A DNA stretch of 64,000 nt from an uncultured Porphyromonadaceae bacterium (GCA_947177185.1 CAMWTJ010000004.1:32175-96174), one strand, 5' to 3'; positions 1 through 8,349 are shown, counted from the stretch's first letter. Notes: generated by a model not told the origin, from the letters alone. A program made the numbers and translations.

Positions 1-2
1 CC

Positions 3-596
3 GCACTTGTGGGCAACGAAAAGGCCCGCCTCAATCCCGCCCACCGCGGCGACGAGGAATACAACTATTTCCTCGCCGTGGCCTTCCCCGCCTCGCATCT
101 GAAGATTATAGACTACAACCGCGTGGTCAAGGACCTCAACGGCCTCTCGCCCGAGGAATTCCTCGAAAAGCTGCAATACAAGTTCGAGGTGCACGACAAG
201 GGCACGGTGCCCTACCGCCCCGAGTGCCTGCACAATTTCTCGATGTATCTCGAGGACCGATGGTACTCGCTGACGGCGCGCCCCGGCACCTACGACGATT
301 CCGACCCCATAGGCTCGCTCGATGTGACCGTGAGCAGCGACCTCATACTCCGCGACATACTCGGCATCACCGACCTGCGCTCCGACAAGCGCATCGATTT
401 CGTGGGCGGCATCCGCGGGCTCGAAGAGCTCAAGCGGCGTGTCGACAGCGGCGAGATGGCCGTGGCCTTCGCCCTGTTTCCGGTGTCGATGGAGCAGCTG
501 ATGCGCATCGCCGACACCGGCAACATAATGCCCCCCAAGACCACATGGTTCGAGCCCAAACTGCGCTCGGGGCTCGTGATACACAAACTCGACTGA
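3..596 (+). CDS. DUF1015-family protein, C-terminal part (5' end outside window)
   Basis: Frame is open from the window edge. Contains LKIIDYNRVVKDLNG, RIDFVGGIRGL and the family C-terminus MPPKTTWFEPKLRSGL. Confidence 0.8.
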   Translation, partial: ALVGNEKARLNPAHRGDEEYNYFLAVAFPASHLKIIDYNRVVKDLNGLSPEEFLEKLQYKFEVHDKGTVPYRPECLHNFSMYLEDRWYSLTARPGTYDDSDPIGSLDVTVSSDLILRDILGITDLRSDKRIDFVGGIRGLEELKRRVDSGEMAVAFALFPVSMEQLMRIADTGNIMPPKTTWFEPKLRSGLVIHKLD

Positions 597-615
597 ACGT
601 CGCCTGCCATTGCCG

Positions 616-656
616 CGGGCGGTGTCGGGCGGCTTTCAGCCACCCGGCGCCGCCCG
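616..656 (+). terminator. GC-rich hairpin downstream of the DUF1015 gene (possible terminator)
   Basis: 19-bp imperfect stem with G-U pairs and a TTC loop; the U-tract is weak and offset. Confidence 0.35.
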
Positions 657-706
657 TCGCCACGCATATTTTTGCCCGATTTCTGTGCATTTTAAACAAA
701 AAGCAG

Positions 707-714
707 TAATTTTG
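707..714 (+). promoter_or_regulatory. Bacteroidetes sigma-A -7 element
   Basis: TAATTTTG matches TAnnTTTG, 31 bp before the ATG at 746. Confidence 0.5.
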
Positions 715-745
715 CAATCTGTTAAATCAACCATAAATTCCGGCA

Positions 746-1729
746 ATGAACGAAATAAATCACGACAACGACGGATTCGAAATAGACGAAGTGCGCGTGC
801 GGCGTCCGCGCGACAAAAAAAACAACGCTGTGCTCATAGCCGTCATAGCCCTGGCTGTGATAGCCCTCGGCGTGGGCGGTTGGATGGTGTACGACGCCAC
901 ATCGCGCAACAGCGCTCTCGAGGAGGCGCAGGCCATGATCGAGCAGCAGCAGCTCGACATGGAGCAGATGCGCCTCGAGCAGGACTACGACGACCTCAAC
1001 CGCGAGTTCGCGCAGTTCGAGTCCTCGCGTCAGCTCATACAGGACGACTCCGTGAAGCGCGAGCTCGCCGAGAAATACGAAACAGCCCGCCTGCAGGTCG
1101 AGCAGCTGCAGAACGAGCTCAAGAGCGAGCGCCGCAAAAGCTCCGCCGAGATAGCCAAGCTGCGCAGCGAGATTGAAACACTCCGCGCGCTGCTGCGTCA
1201 CTATGTGGAGGAAATAGACCGACTGAACAAGGAAAACGCCGCCCTGCGCAGCGAAAACGAGGAGATGCGCTCGCAGAACCAGCGCCTCAACTCGCAGGTG
1301 GCCGAAACCTCGCGGCGCAACGAGGAGCTCAGCGAGCGCATGACCCTCGCCGAGAAGCTCAACGTCACGGGGCTCTCGCTCACGCCTCTCAACAAGAAAG
1401 GCAAGCGGGAGAAAAAAGTGGCCAAGGCAGTGCAGCTCATGGCAAGTTTCACCATACCGCAGAACAATTCCACGCCCGTGGGCGAGAAGACCATCTACAT
1501 GCGCATCATTTCTCCCACAGGGCAGTTGCTCGGCAGCGGCGGCTCGTTTGCCTTCGAAGGCGCATCGGTGCCCTGCACGGCCAAGCGCACCATCGAATAT
1601 GCGGGCGAGGAAATCGGCGGAGTCACCATCTACTGGGACGTGGACACCGCTCTGGCTCCCGGCGAATACACCGTGGAACTCTTTGCCGACAACTATCGCC
1701 TCGTGCGCCGCAGTTTCACCCTCAACTGA
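746..1729 (+). CDS. Membrane-anchored coiled-coil protein with a C-terminal beta-rich domain (conserved hypothetical)
   Basis: N-terminal TM (AVLIAVIALAVIALGVGGWMVY), a long E/Q/R/L heptad region, then a beta-rich C-terminus. Confidence 0.7.
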   Translation: MNEINHDNDGFEIDEVRVRRPRDKKNNAVLIAVIALAVIALGVGGWMVYDATSRNSALEEAQAMIEQQQLDMEQMRLEQDYDDLNREFAQFESSRQLIQDDSVKRELAEKYETARLQVEQLQNELKSERRKSSAEIAKLRSEIETLRALLRHYVEEIDRLNKENAALRSENEEMRSQNQRLNSQVAETSRRNEELSERMTLAEKLNVTGLSLTPLNKKGKREKKVAKAVQLMASFTIPQNNSTPVGEKTIYMRIISPTGQLLGSGGSFAFEGASVPCTAKRTIEYAGEEIGGVTIYWDVDTALAPGEYTVELFADNYRLVRRSFTLN

Positions 1730-1735
1730 CAGCCC

Positions 1736-2461
1736 ATGGCCGATTTCCTTCTCTCCCTGATAGCCGACGTGTTCAGCGACGACGTCACCACCTTCGGCGC
1801 CATCGTGCGCTTGTGCCTCAGCATGCTGCTGGGCAGCTGCGTGGGCATACAGCGCAAGCGCAAGGGCCAGCCGGCCGGCGTGCGCACGTTTTCGCTCATT
1901 AGCATGGGGGCCACACTGGCCATGCTCCTCAGCATCTACGTGCCGCAGGAATACCTCGGCCTCAAGAACGGCGATCCCGGCCGCATAGCCGCCCAGGTGA
2001 TCAGCGGCGTGGGCTTCCTGGGCGCCGGCGCCATCATACAGATGAAAGGCTCCGTGCGCGGCCTCACCACGGCGGCCGGCATATGGATGGTGGCCGCCAT
2101 CGGCATGTGCGTGGGCGTAGGGCTCTACACCATCAGCATCGTGGCCACGCTGCTGATTCTGCTCGTGCTCGTGCAGGTGGAGCGCATAGAGCATGTCACC
2201 TCTATGGGAGCCGACTCACGCATCATACGCATCGAGGCCACCACGATAGTGGCCGACATAGAGCCTTACCGCATGGCCCTGCGCTGCGGGGGCGCACAGC
2301 TCAAGAGCTTCTATCTCACCTACGACTACGAGCGCCGCGTCACCAATCTCAACCTCGTGGTGCTGCTGCGCGAAGGCATCGACGTGCTGGCCGTACTCAA
2401 CAGCCTTGAACACGTGAGCCCCACGCGCACCATCACTTTGGCCAATCAGCTGAACATTTAA
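1736..2461 (+). CDS. MgtC/SapB family membrane protein
   Basis: Motifs AGVRTFSLISMGA, DPGRIAAQVISGVGFLGAG and VRGLTTAAGIW. Confidence 0.9.
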   Translation: MADFLLSLIADVFSDDVTTFGAIVRLCLSMLLGSCVGIQRKRKGQPAGVRTFSLISMGATLAMLLSIYVPQEYLGLKNGDPGRIAAQVISGVGFLGAGAIIQMKGSVRGLTTAAGIWMVAAIGMCVGVGLYTISIVATLLILLVLVQVERIEHVTSMGADSRIIRIEATTIVADIEPYRMALRCGGAQLKSFYLTYDYERRVTNLNLVVLLREGIDVLAVLNSLEHVSPTRTITLANQLNI

Positions 2462-3131
2462 TCGGGAGGCTAAAGCGCCGCCTGGCGCAGAATGTCTGCC
2501 GCCACCTGCGTGCCGCACGCCTCGAGGCGCTCCTTGAGGCGGCGCCGGCGGCTGTACATGGTGTTTTGCTTCATGCCGGTGAGGCGGCATATGGTGCCGG
2601 TGTCCATGCGCGCCAGCAGCAGCGCCGCCAGTGTGAAATCGTCGTCACGTATCGCGCCGTCGCTCTGCGCCGCAGCTATGATGCCGCCGAATGTCGAGTC
2701 TATCTCCTTCACCAGCTGCTCCAGTTGCTCCGGCTGCGCCATGCGCTCGAGTTCCGACTCTATTTGCCTCAGCACCCTGCGGCGGCTGCTGTCGGAGTCT
2801 TCGAGGCCGCGCAGCTGCTTGTTGAGCATGTTGAGCGTGGCCCATTGCCTTCGGTATATCAGCTTCAGTCGGTCGTGCATATCGGCGTTCTGCTCCTGTC
2901 CGGCGCACACATCGCTCTGCAGCAGCAGAATCTCGCCCATCTGAGCCTCTATGCGCATGTCCTTCAGGCGCATGCGCATGCGGTGGTAGTACGTGCCGCC
3001 CGCTATGGCCAGTGCCGCCGCCACCATGCCGGCCGTGAGCCATATGCGCAGCCACATGGCCCGCTCCTTCTCCTGCGCGGCTATTTTGTCGTAGTAGTTG
3101 CGCTGCTCCACCACTATCGACTGATTCAATT
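2455..3131. repeat. Direct repeat copy 1 (about 677 bp), pairs with 4166-4843
   Basis: By eye, identical to 4166-4843 apart from a 1-nt indel and two substitutions near the left end; the ORF track shows near-identical shadow ORFs at 2492/4204 and 2645/4357. Confidence 0.95.
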
Positions 3132-4104
3132 TCTGCTCGAGCAGCTCGTTTTGCTGCTCTATCAGTTTGGCCTTGTATGCGAGGGCTTCCTTGTAGTTTT
3201 GCTGCTGTGAGTAAAGATAGGAGTAGGCGTTGTATATAGCGGCTTTTTCTTCGATAGTCGTGGCATACTTGTCGGCAAATTCGAGATGCGCGGCAGCGTT
3301 TTCATAATCTCCGGCCCATGTTTCAACAGTGGCCATATAAGCCACCTCTTGCGTATATTCCGGGTTCATGTAGCCGATCATCTGCGGAATCATAGTCTGT
3401 GCTTCGGCGTATTTATCGTGCTTTACAAGATAGGAAAAATACGCGGTGGTGGCATAATAAAGCAACATGGAGTCCTGCGGCGGCTGCGATGCGAGATGGA
3501 TTACGCTGTCGAATAATGCGTCGCCTTTGTCGCACCCTTCTATATTGCCATAGGTTATTGCGAGCTCGCAGAGCGCGAAGCGATGGTTCCGCTCTTTTCC
3601 GGCTTTTTTGTAATACTCGACCGTTTTGCGGGTGTAATCCAAGGCTTCTTTCAGCATATAGGAAAAGAACATTATATCGGATATAGCTTCAGTAGATTTT
3701 GCCATCCAATAATAGTCCTGCTTCGATTCTGCCATTGAATAGGCCTCCATTAAAGGAATTATGGCATCGTCGTACCGCTTGCAGTTTGTTTCCACGACGC
3801 CTTTGTAGAAAAGCGCCTTCATAAGCCTTTCCTTATCGCCGTTTCTGCGAAATGCTTGCACCGAGCGCTCTATCAGAGAGTCCGACAATTCTATATGGTG
3901 CGTTTTGGTCCGGGCTTGCACATACAGCAATCCATATAGTGGCGAGCTCTTGTGCTCTTGCTCAACACCGTTTACTATGGCCAATGCCGAGTCCGGGTAT
4001 TCCTCAATAATCCGTTCCGCTTCCAGTAACTGCGGGTCGTAATGATTTTTGCATGCAGATAATAATACCAACAGAGAACTGGCAAATACTATTAAATGTT
4101 TCAT
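2470..4104 (-). CDS. Lipoprotein-TPR-TM-HTH one-component sensor/regulator, paralog 1
   Basis: Lipobox LLSAC, helical TPR-like middle, TM (WLRIWLTAGMVAAALAIAGGTYY), C-terminal LuxR-like HTH (DFTLAALLLARMDTGTICRLTGMKQNTMYSRRRRLKERL). Confidence 0.75.
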   Translation of the reverse strand: MKHLIVFASSLLVLLSACKNHYDPQLLEAERIIEEYPDSALAIVNGVEQEHKSSPLYGLLYVQARTKTHHIELSDSLIERSVQAFRRNGDKERLMKALFYKGVVETNCKRYDDAIIPLMEAYSMAESKQDYYWMAKSTEAISDIMFFSYMLKEALDYTRKTVEYYKKAGKERNHRFALCELAITYGNIEGCDKGDALFDSVIHLASQPPQDSMLLYYATTAYFSYLVKHDKYAEAQTMIPQMIGYMNPEYTQEVAYMATVETWAGDYENAAAHLEFADKYATTIEEKAAIYNAYSYLYSQQQNYKEALAYKAKLIEQQNELLEQKLNQSIVVEQRNYYDKIAAQEKERAMWLRIWLTAGMVAAALAIAGGTYYHRMRMRLKDMRIEAQMGEILLLQSDVCAGQEQNADMHDRLKLIYRRQWATLNMLNKQLRGLEDSDSSRRRVLRQIESELERMAQPEQLEQLVKEIDSTFGGIIAAAQSDGAIRDDDFTLAALLLARMDTGTICRLTGMKQNTMYSRRRRLKERLEACGTQVAADILRQAAL

Positions 4105-4141
4105 AATACTAAAGCATAAACTTACTGCAAAGATATGAAAA
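4036..4141. repeat. Direct repeat copy 1 (106 bp: promoter, UTR and signal peptide), pairs with 5757-5862
   Basis: Four mismatches by eye; each copy contains a minus-strand TATCTTTG -7 box (4128-4135 and 5849-5856). Confidence 0.9.
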
Positions 4142-4165
4142 TCCCAAGCGTACCATCACTCTGGT

Positions 4166-4843
4166 CATTTAATCGGGGAGGCTAAAGCGCCGCCTGGCGC
4201 AGAATGTCTGCCGCTACCTGCGAGCCGCACGCCTCGAGGCGCTCCTTGAGGCGGCGCCGGCGGCTGTACATGGTGTTTTGCTTCATGCCGGTGAGGCGGC
4301 ATATGGTGCCGGTGTCCATGCGCGCCAGCAGCAGCGCCGCCAGTGTGAAATCGTCGTCACGTATCGCGCCGTCGCTCTGCGCCGCAGCTATGATGCCGCC
4401 GAATGTCGAGTCTATCTCCTTCACCAGCTGCTCCAGTTGCTCCGGCTGCGCCATGCGCTCGAGTTCCGACTCTATTTGCCTCAGCACCCTGCGGCGGCTG
4501 CTGTCGGAGTCTTCGAGGCCGCGCAGCTGCTTGTTGAGCATGTTGAGCGTGGCCCATTGCCTTCGGTATATCAGCTTCAGTCGGTCGTGCATATCGGCGT
4601 TCTGCTCCTGTCCGGCGCACACATCGCTCTGCAGCAGCAGAATCTCGCCCATCTGAGCCTCTATGCGCATGTCCTTCAGGCGCATGCGCATGCGGTGGTA
4701 GTACGTGCCGCCCGCTATGGCCAGTGCCGCCGCCACCATGCCGGCCGTGAGCCATATGCGCAGCCACATGGCCCGCTCCTTCTCCTGCGCGGCTATTTTG
4801 TCGTAGTAGTTGCGCTGCTCCACCACTATCGACTGATTCAATT
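4166..4843. repeat. Direct repeat copy 2 (about 678 bp)
   Basis: See 2455-3131; encodes the shared TM and HTH C-terminus. Confidence 0.95.
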
Positions 4844-5825
4844 GTTTTTCAAGTTCTTTGTTCTGCCCTTTAATTACAAGCCTGTTGTATCGCGCAACTT
4901 TGGGGTAGTCTTTAAGCAGTTCGTAAATAAATGAATAAGCATTGTATATGTTGACACTGTCAATAACATCAGTAGCATAAGATTCGGCATCCTTCATTTG
5001 CGAAAATGCCTCGTTATAATTTCCTAAATGTGCATCTAACTCGGCACTGCATACAATATTGTAGGTCAGTGGATATTTTTTGTTGAATTCTTTCATGAGT
5101 GCATGATACCGTAGGGCATCACTGTATTCTTTATACTCAACATGGTCTACAAACCTTGGAGCTGTGCAATAGTATAATAAGCCCGAATCAGCGGGGCTAA
5201 CGGTAGAAATAACGCTATCAATAAGAGTTGCGAACGATTTACGGTCTTTCAAATGAAGGTGCTCAACGGCTATATCGCACAATATATATTTATGATTAAG
5301 TTCTATTCCTGCATCCTTAAAACCTTTTGCAGCAATTGTCCAATACTTTAAGGCATCTTTAAATAAATGGCAATTTCTGAATAAATCGCCCAATAACATC
5401 GCTATCCGTGCTTTCCAGATTGTATTGTCCTTGCTTTCCGCTATTTCAAAACTTTGTGTGGCAGGAATAATCGCCTTATCATACTCTTGTTTATAGAATA
5501 GGAGTGTCGCGTAATAATACAAAGACTTCATCAGCCGCTCCTGGTCGTTATCCGTTTTAAAATGGTCCATAGACTCAAGAAGCATGGATGCAGTAGTGTC
5601 TATATAATTATTCTTGTGCCGGGCCTGTGTGTATAACAAGAAATATAGTGCGCGGTCTGACTTAAGCGCAAAGTCGGCGTCGTCGATTGTTTCAATTATT
5701 GAAAGGGCCGAATCAGGATGTTCTTCCATGATATTCTCAGCATGGAGAAGTCGGGTGTCGTAATGATTTTTGCATGCAGGTAATAATACCAACAGAGAAA
5801 TGGCAAATACTATTAAATGTTTCAT
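4182..5825 (-). CDS. Lipoprotein-TPR-TM-HTH one-component sensor/regulator, paralog 2
   Basis: Same architecture as 2470-4104 (signal ends LLPAC), near-identical C-terminal ~220 aa, divergent TPR-like middle. Confidence 0.75.
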   Translation of the reverse strand: MKHLIVFAISLLVLLPACKNHYDTRLLHAENIMEEHPDSALSIIETIDDADFALKSDRALYFLLYTQARHKNNYIDTTASMLLESMDHFKTDNDQERLMKSLYYYATLLFYKQEYDKAIIPATQSFEIAESKDNTIWKARIAMLLGDLFRNCHLFKDALKYWTIAAKGFKDAGIELNHKYILCDIAVEHLHLKDRKSFATLIDSVISTVSPADSGLLYYCTAPRFVDHVEYKEYSDALRYHALMKEFNKKYPLTYNIVCSAELDAHLGNYNEAFSQMKDAESYATDVIDSVNIYNAYSFIYELLKDYPKVARYNRLVIKGQNKELEKQLNQSIVVEQRNYYDKIAAQEKERAMWLRIWLTAGMVAAALAIAGGTYYHRMRMRLKDMRIEAQMGEILLLQSDVCAGQEQNADMHDRLKLIYRRQWATLNMLNKQLRGLEDSDSSRRRVLRQIESELERMAQPEQLEQLVKEIDSTFGGIIAAAQSDGAIRDDDFTLAALLLARMDTGTICRLTGMKQNTMYSRRRRLKERLEACGSQVAADILRQAAL

Positions 5826-5862
5826 AATACTAAAGCATAAACTTACTACAAAGATACGAAAA
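5757..5862. repeat. Direct repeat copy 2 (106 bp)
   Basis: See 4036-4141. Confidence 0.9.
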
Positions 5863-5966
5863 ACTATCCGACAATATGCAATTTATATCAAAATATACGT
5901 AACGAGCAGATATTCAGCGCGTTTGGCGTCTAATGCCTAATGTTCGTATTTTCAGAGTATTATATA

Positions 5967-6042
5967 GTGCACAAAATATTTATTTTGTGCACGTTGTAAT
6001 GCGCTTATAATTAATACTATAAGTCTTTGAGTGCACAAAATA
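5967..6042. promoter_or_regulatory. Candidate operator: perfect 12-bp inverted repeat plus a third half-site
   Basis: GTGCACAAAATA-TT-TATTTTGTGCAC at 5967-5992, and GTGCACAAAATA again at 6031-6042. Confidence 0.6.
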
Positions 6043-6056
6043 AATATCGTTCTAAA

Positions 6057-6088
6057 TTTGGATACATATTATGTGACGCTTAATTTTG
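6057..6088 (+). promoter_or_regulatory. Sigma-A promoter of the DUF3244-rSAM-precursor operon
   Basis: TTTG (6057-6060), 20-nt spacer, TAATTTTG (6081-6088): full Bacteroidetes consensus. Confidence 0.75.
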
Positions 6089-6103
6089 CAAAAAACTAAC
6101 GTG

Positions 6104-6487
6104 ATGAAAATTCAGAGTAAAATAGTCTGCTTGCTGTCTATTATAATGACACTTTATGCAGCACCAATCAGCCAAGCGATGGATGTACGAGATACGTCAA
6201 CTATAATCACGTTGAAATTGAGAGGAGGGCGCCCTGATTTACCGAAGATGCCGTCGCGTCAGCGCATCACGTGTGTTTATGAGGACGGAACTCTGTATCT
6301 TGAATTCAAATATAGCGAAGGCGAGGCGGTGCTTTCCGTCACAGACCTTTGCCATGGAGGCTGCACTGAGCACGTTTTCTCTACAGATGCCCCCGCACTT
6401 ATATATATTGGCGCTGTTGAAGCGGCGACCATTGAGATTTATACAGAAAGCGGCAGCGAATACGTGGCCGAAATTATGGATTACTGA
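6104..6487 (+). CDS. DUF3244-like secreted small protein
   Basis: Signal peptide MKIQSKIVCLLSIIMTLYAAPISQA; pattern P-x-MPSRQRITCVYEDGTLYLEF...IEIYTESGSEY resembles DUF3244; divergent from TPR regulators, as that family usually is. ATG at 6104 preferred over TTG at 6086. Confidence 0.6.
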   Translation: MKIQSKIVCLLSIIMTLYAAPISQAMDVRDTSTIITLKLRGGRPDLPKMPSRQRITCVYEDGTLYLEFKYSEGEAVLSVTDLCHGGCTEHVFSTDAPALIYIGAVEAATIEIYTESGSEYVAEIMDY

Positions 6488-6499
6488 CAAAAGAGCACC

Positions 6500-7789
6500 A
6501 TGAAGCAGAGCATTTTCAATACGTGCATACAGCTTGACAATGGGTTTACCATTGTCTACAATGCGTTTTCCGACAAATATGTGGTGTGCGGTTCGGAGGC
6601 AATCTCAATCGACGGCCACCAAATACACAACTGTTCAGAATTGGTTCGCGCCCGCCTTGAAGAGATTGGTGCGTATGTGCCCGATGATGTCGACGAACAG
6701 CGCATGCTTGAAGAGCGCATAGAGCGCGTCGACAACGACTCTGCATGTTTTGAACTGCATGTGAATCCTACGCTTAACTGCAATTTTCGTTGTTGGTATT
6801 GCTACGAAGAGCACTTGCCGGGTTCAAAAATGGACGCCGCAACCATTGAGGCGCTGTGCAGGCTGATATCTCTGAAGCTCGACGAAACAGAAGGCTTGGA
6901 ATCGTTTAATCTGTCTTTTTTCGGTGGCGAGCCTCTGCTGTACTATTCCGAAACTGCTTTGCCGGTGATAAGACACGCCGTGAAAGCCTGTGCCGGCAGG
7001 GGTGTGCACCTATGGCTGCATTTCACTACTAATGCCTATCTGCTTTCGGAGCAAATTCTTGAAAGCATAGGCGACGTCGACGCCAGTTTTCAGATTACAC
7101 TCGACGGTGCCAGAGAGCAACACGATAAAGTGCGTTTTCAGGCCGGTGGCAAAGGCAGTTACGATGCGATTCTCTCAAATGCACGCAGAGCTGCATCTTA
7201 TGGCAAGCATATCATATTGCGAATCAATTACACTGCCGACAGCATCGCCACGGTGGGCTCCATTGCCGATGAACTACGTGAATTCGGCAGTGAGAAACGC
7301 AATATCACAATTGATCTGCAGCGAGTATGGCAGGACAATGGATGTGCGGCGGACGAAGAACGCGTGCAGGACGACGTGGACAGGCTGTACAGACTGTTTC
7401 GCAGCGAAGGATTCATGTGCAGCACGCCGTACATACGCAATTCTGTGCTGGATTCGTGCTATGGCGACAAGCGCAATTCGATATTGATAAATTACAACGG
7501 CGATGCCTTTTTCTGCACGGCGCGTGATTTTAAGAGCGCCGACCGTGCGGGATTCCTTGCATCGGACGGCAGAATAGTGTGGGAAAACAACGCTCTCGAG
7601 CGCAGGATGGCCGCAAAGTATAAAAGTGCCGCATGCAGGCAGTGCCGCATAGCTCCGATTTGTGGCGGCGGATGCCGGCAGCGCGCGGTGGAAATGGCCG
7701 GTTCGGACGATTGCCTTGTCGGCTTCTCAGACCGGGAACGCACGGAACGGGTGGTCCGGCGCTTCGAACAGATGCATATACCCGCATGA
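6500..7789 (+). CDS. Radical SAM/SPASM-domain peptide maturase
   Basis: CNFRCWYC (CxxxCxxC), FFGGEPLL, QITLDG; SPASM cysteines SCYGD...GDAFFC and CRQCRIAPICGGGC...DDC. Confidence 0.9.
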   Translation: MKQSIFNTCIQLDNGFTIVYNAFSDKYVVCGSEAISIDGHQIHNCSELVRARLEEIGAYVPDDVDEQRMLEERIERVDNDSACFELHVNPTLNCNFRCWYCYEEHLPGSKMDAATIEALCRLISLKLDETEGLESFNLSFFGGEPLLYYSETALPVIRHAVKACAGRGVHLWLHFTTNAYLLSEQILESIGDVDASFQITLDGAREQHDKVRFQAGGKGSYDAILSNARRAASYGKHIILRINYTADSIATVGSIADELREFGSEKRNITIDLQRVWQDNGCAADEERVQDDVDRLYRLFRSEGFMCSTPYIRNSVLDSCYGDKRNSILINYNGDAFFCTARDFKSADRAGFLASDGRIVWENNALERRMAAKYKSAACRQCRIAPICGGGCRQRAVEMAGSDDCLVGFSDRERTERVVRRFEQMHIPA

Positions 7790-7854
7790 TGCTTGCATAT
7801 GGAGCAGCCGGAAAATCCATAAAAGAGTACGGACAAATATCTAAACCAAAACAA

Positions 7855-8118
7855 ATGAAACTAACAAAGATTGAGCAGTTCGTCAGCACACTTGTTGACC
7901 CTGCAATGCCCGCCGACCAGCAGGCGCTTGTTCTTGGCGCCGATTTGGCATTACTGGGAGGCGACAACACCCAGACATGCATTAATCATACTGCAGCGGC
8001 ATGCGGCTCGGAAAATAGGGGATGCACAAACTATGGTGAAGCATGCAGCGAGGGTAGTAATTACAAGTGTACAAATAAAATTCAGCTCAACAACAGCTTA
8101 ACGAGGCCGTGCCAATAG
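7855..8118 (+). CDS. Double-glycine RiPP precursor peptide (87 aa; 36-aa leader, 51-aa six-Cys core)
   Basis: ATG at 7855 after an A-rich TIR (ctaaaccaaaacaa), in the frame of ORF 7633-8118. Leader ends ALLGG; core DNTQTCINHTAAACGSENRGCTNYGEACSEGSNYKCTNKIQLNNSLTRPCQ. Lies directly after the rSAM gene and upstream of a C39 exporter. Confidence 0.85.
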   Translation: MKLTKIEQFVSTLVDPAMPADQQALVLGADLALLGGDNTQTCINHTAAACGSENRGCTNYGEACSEGSNYKCTNKIQLNNSLTRPCQ

Positions 8119-8256
8119 TGCACGTGTATTTGTACATGTAGACTGAGATGGCAGAGCTCTGTGCCGCGAAAAGTGATATAATTATATATGATTAAGGCTT
8201 ACGCAGTTATGATGCTTGCCGATACCTGTCAGACCAAGAACGTGACAATTTGTTGA

Positions 8257-8306
8257 TAACTTTGTCGGCATATTGTTGCGTTCTTGTGTCTGTCGCTGTA
8301 AATTTG
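8257..8306 (+). promoter_or_regulatory. Candidate internal promoter(s) for the barrel and exporter
   Basis: TAACTTTG at 8257-8264 and TAAATTTG at 8299-8306, the latter with GTTG 20 nt upstream. Confidence 0.45.
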
Positions 8307-8349
8307 CAGTGAAATATAGTTCGTGAACGTTGCATTAATAGTGAATTCT

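Noticed and set aside
722-2194. Long antisense or alternate-frame ORFs (also 10673-12955, 40817-43174, 60885-62987, 28716-29657 and many others)
   Set aside because: These are shadow ORFs of real genes in GC-rich DNA, with no family motifs and biased composition.
7633-7854. N-terminal 74 codons of ORF 7633-8118
   Set aside because: They overlap the rSAM 3' end out of frame and are Arg/Gly-rich. The A-rich TIR and leader-like sequence start at 7855.
7855-8118. Assigning the precursor to SCIFF or to the TIGR04149 GG-Bacteroidales family
   Set aside because: It has six Cys, but the spacing and the GG leader do not fit SCIFF, and the leader lacks the basic MKKL-type pattern I recall for TIGR04149. 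An HMM search is needed.
8118-8166. GTGCAC hexamer and GGCAGAGCTCTGTGCC quasi-palindrome after the precursor
   Set aside because: Only 6 bp match the operator, and the palindrome has no loop or U-tract, so it is too weak to call an operator or terminator.
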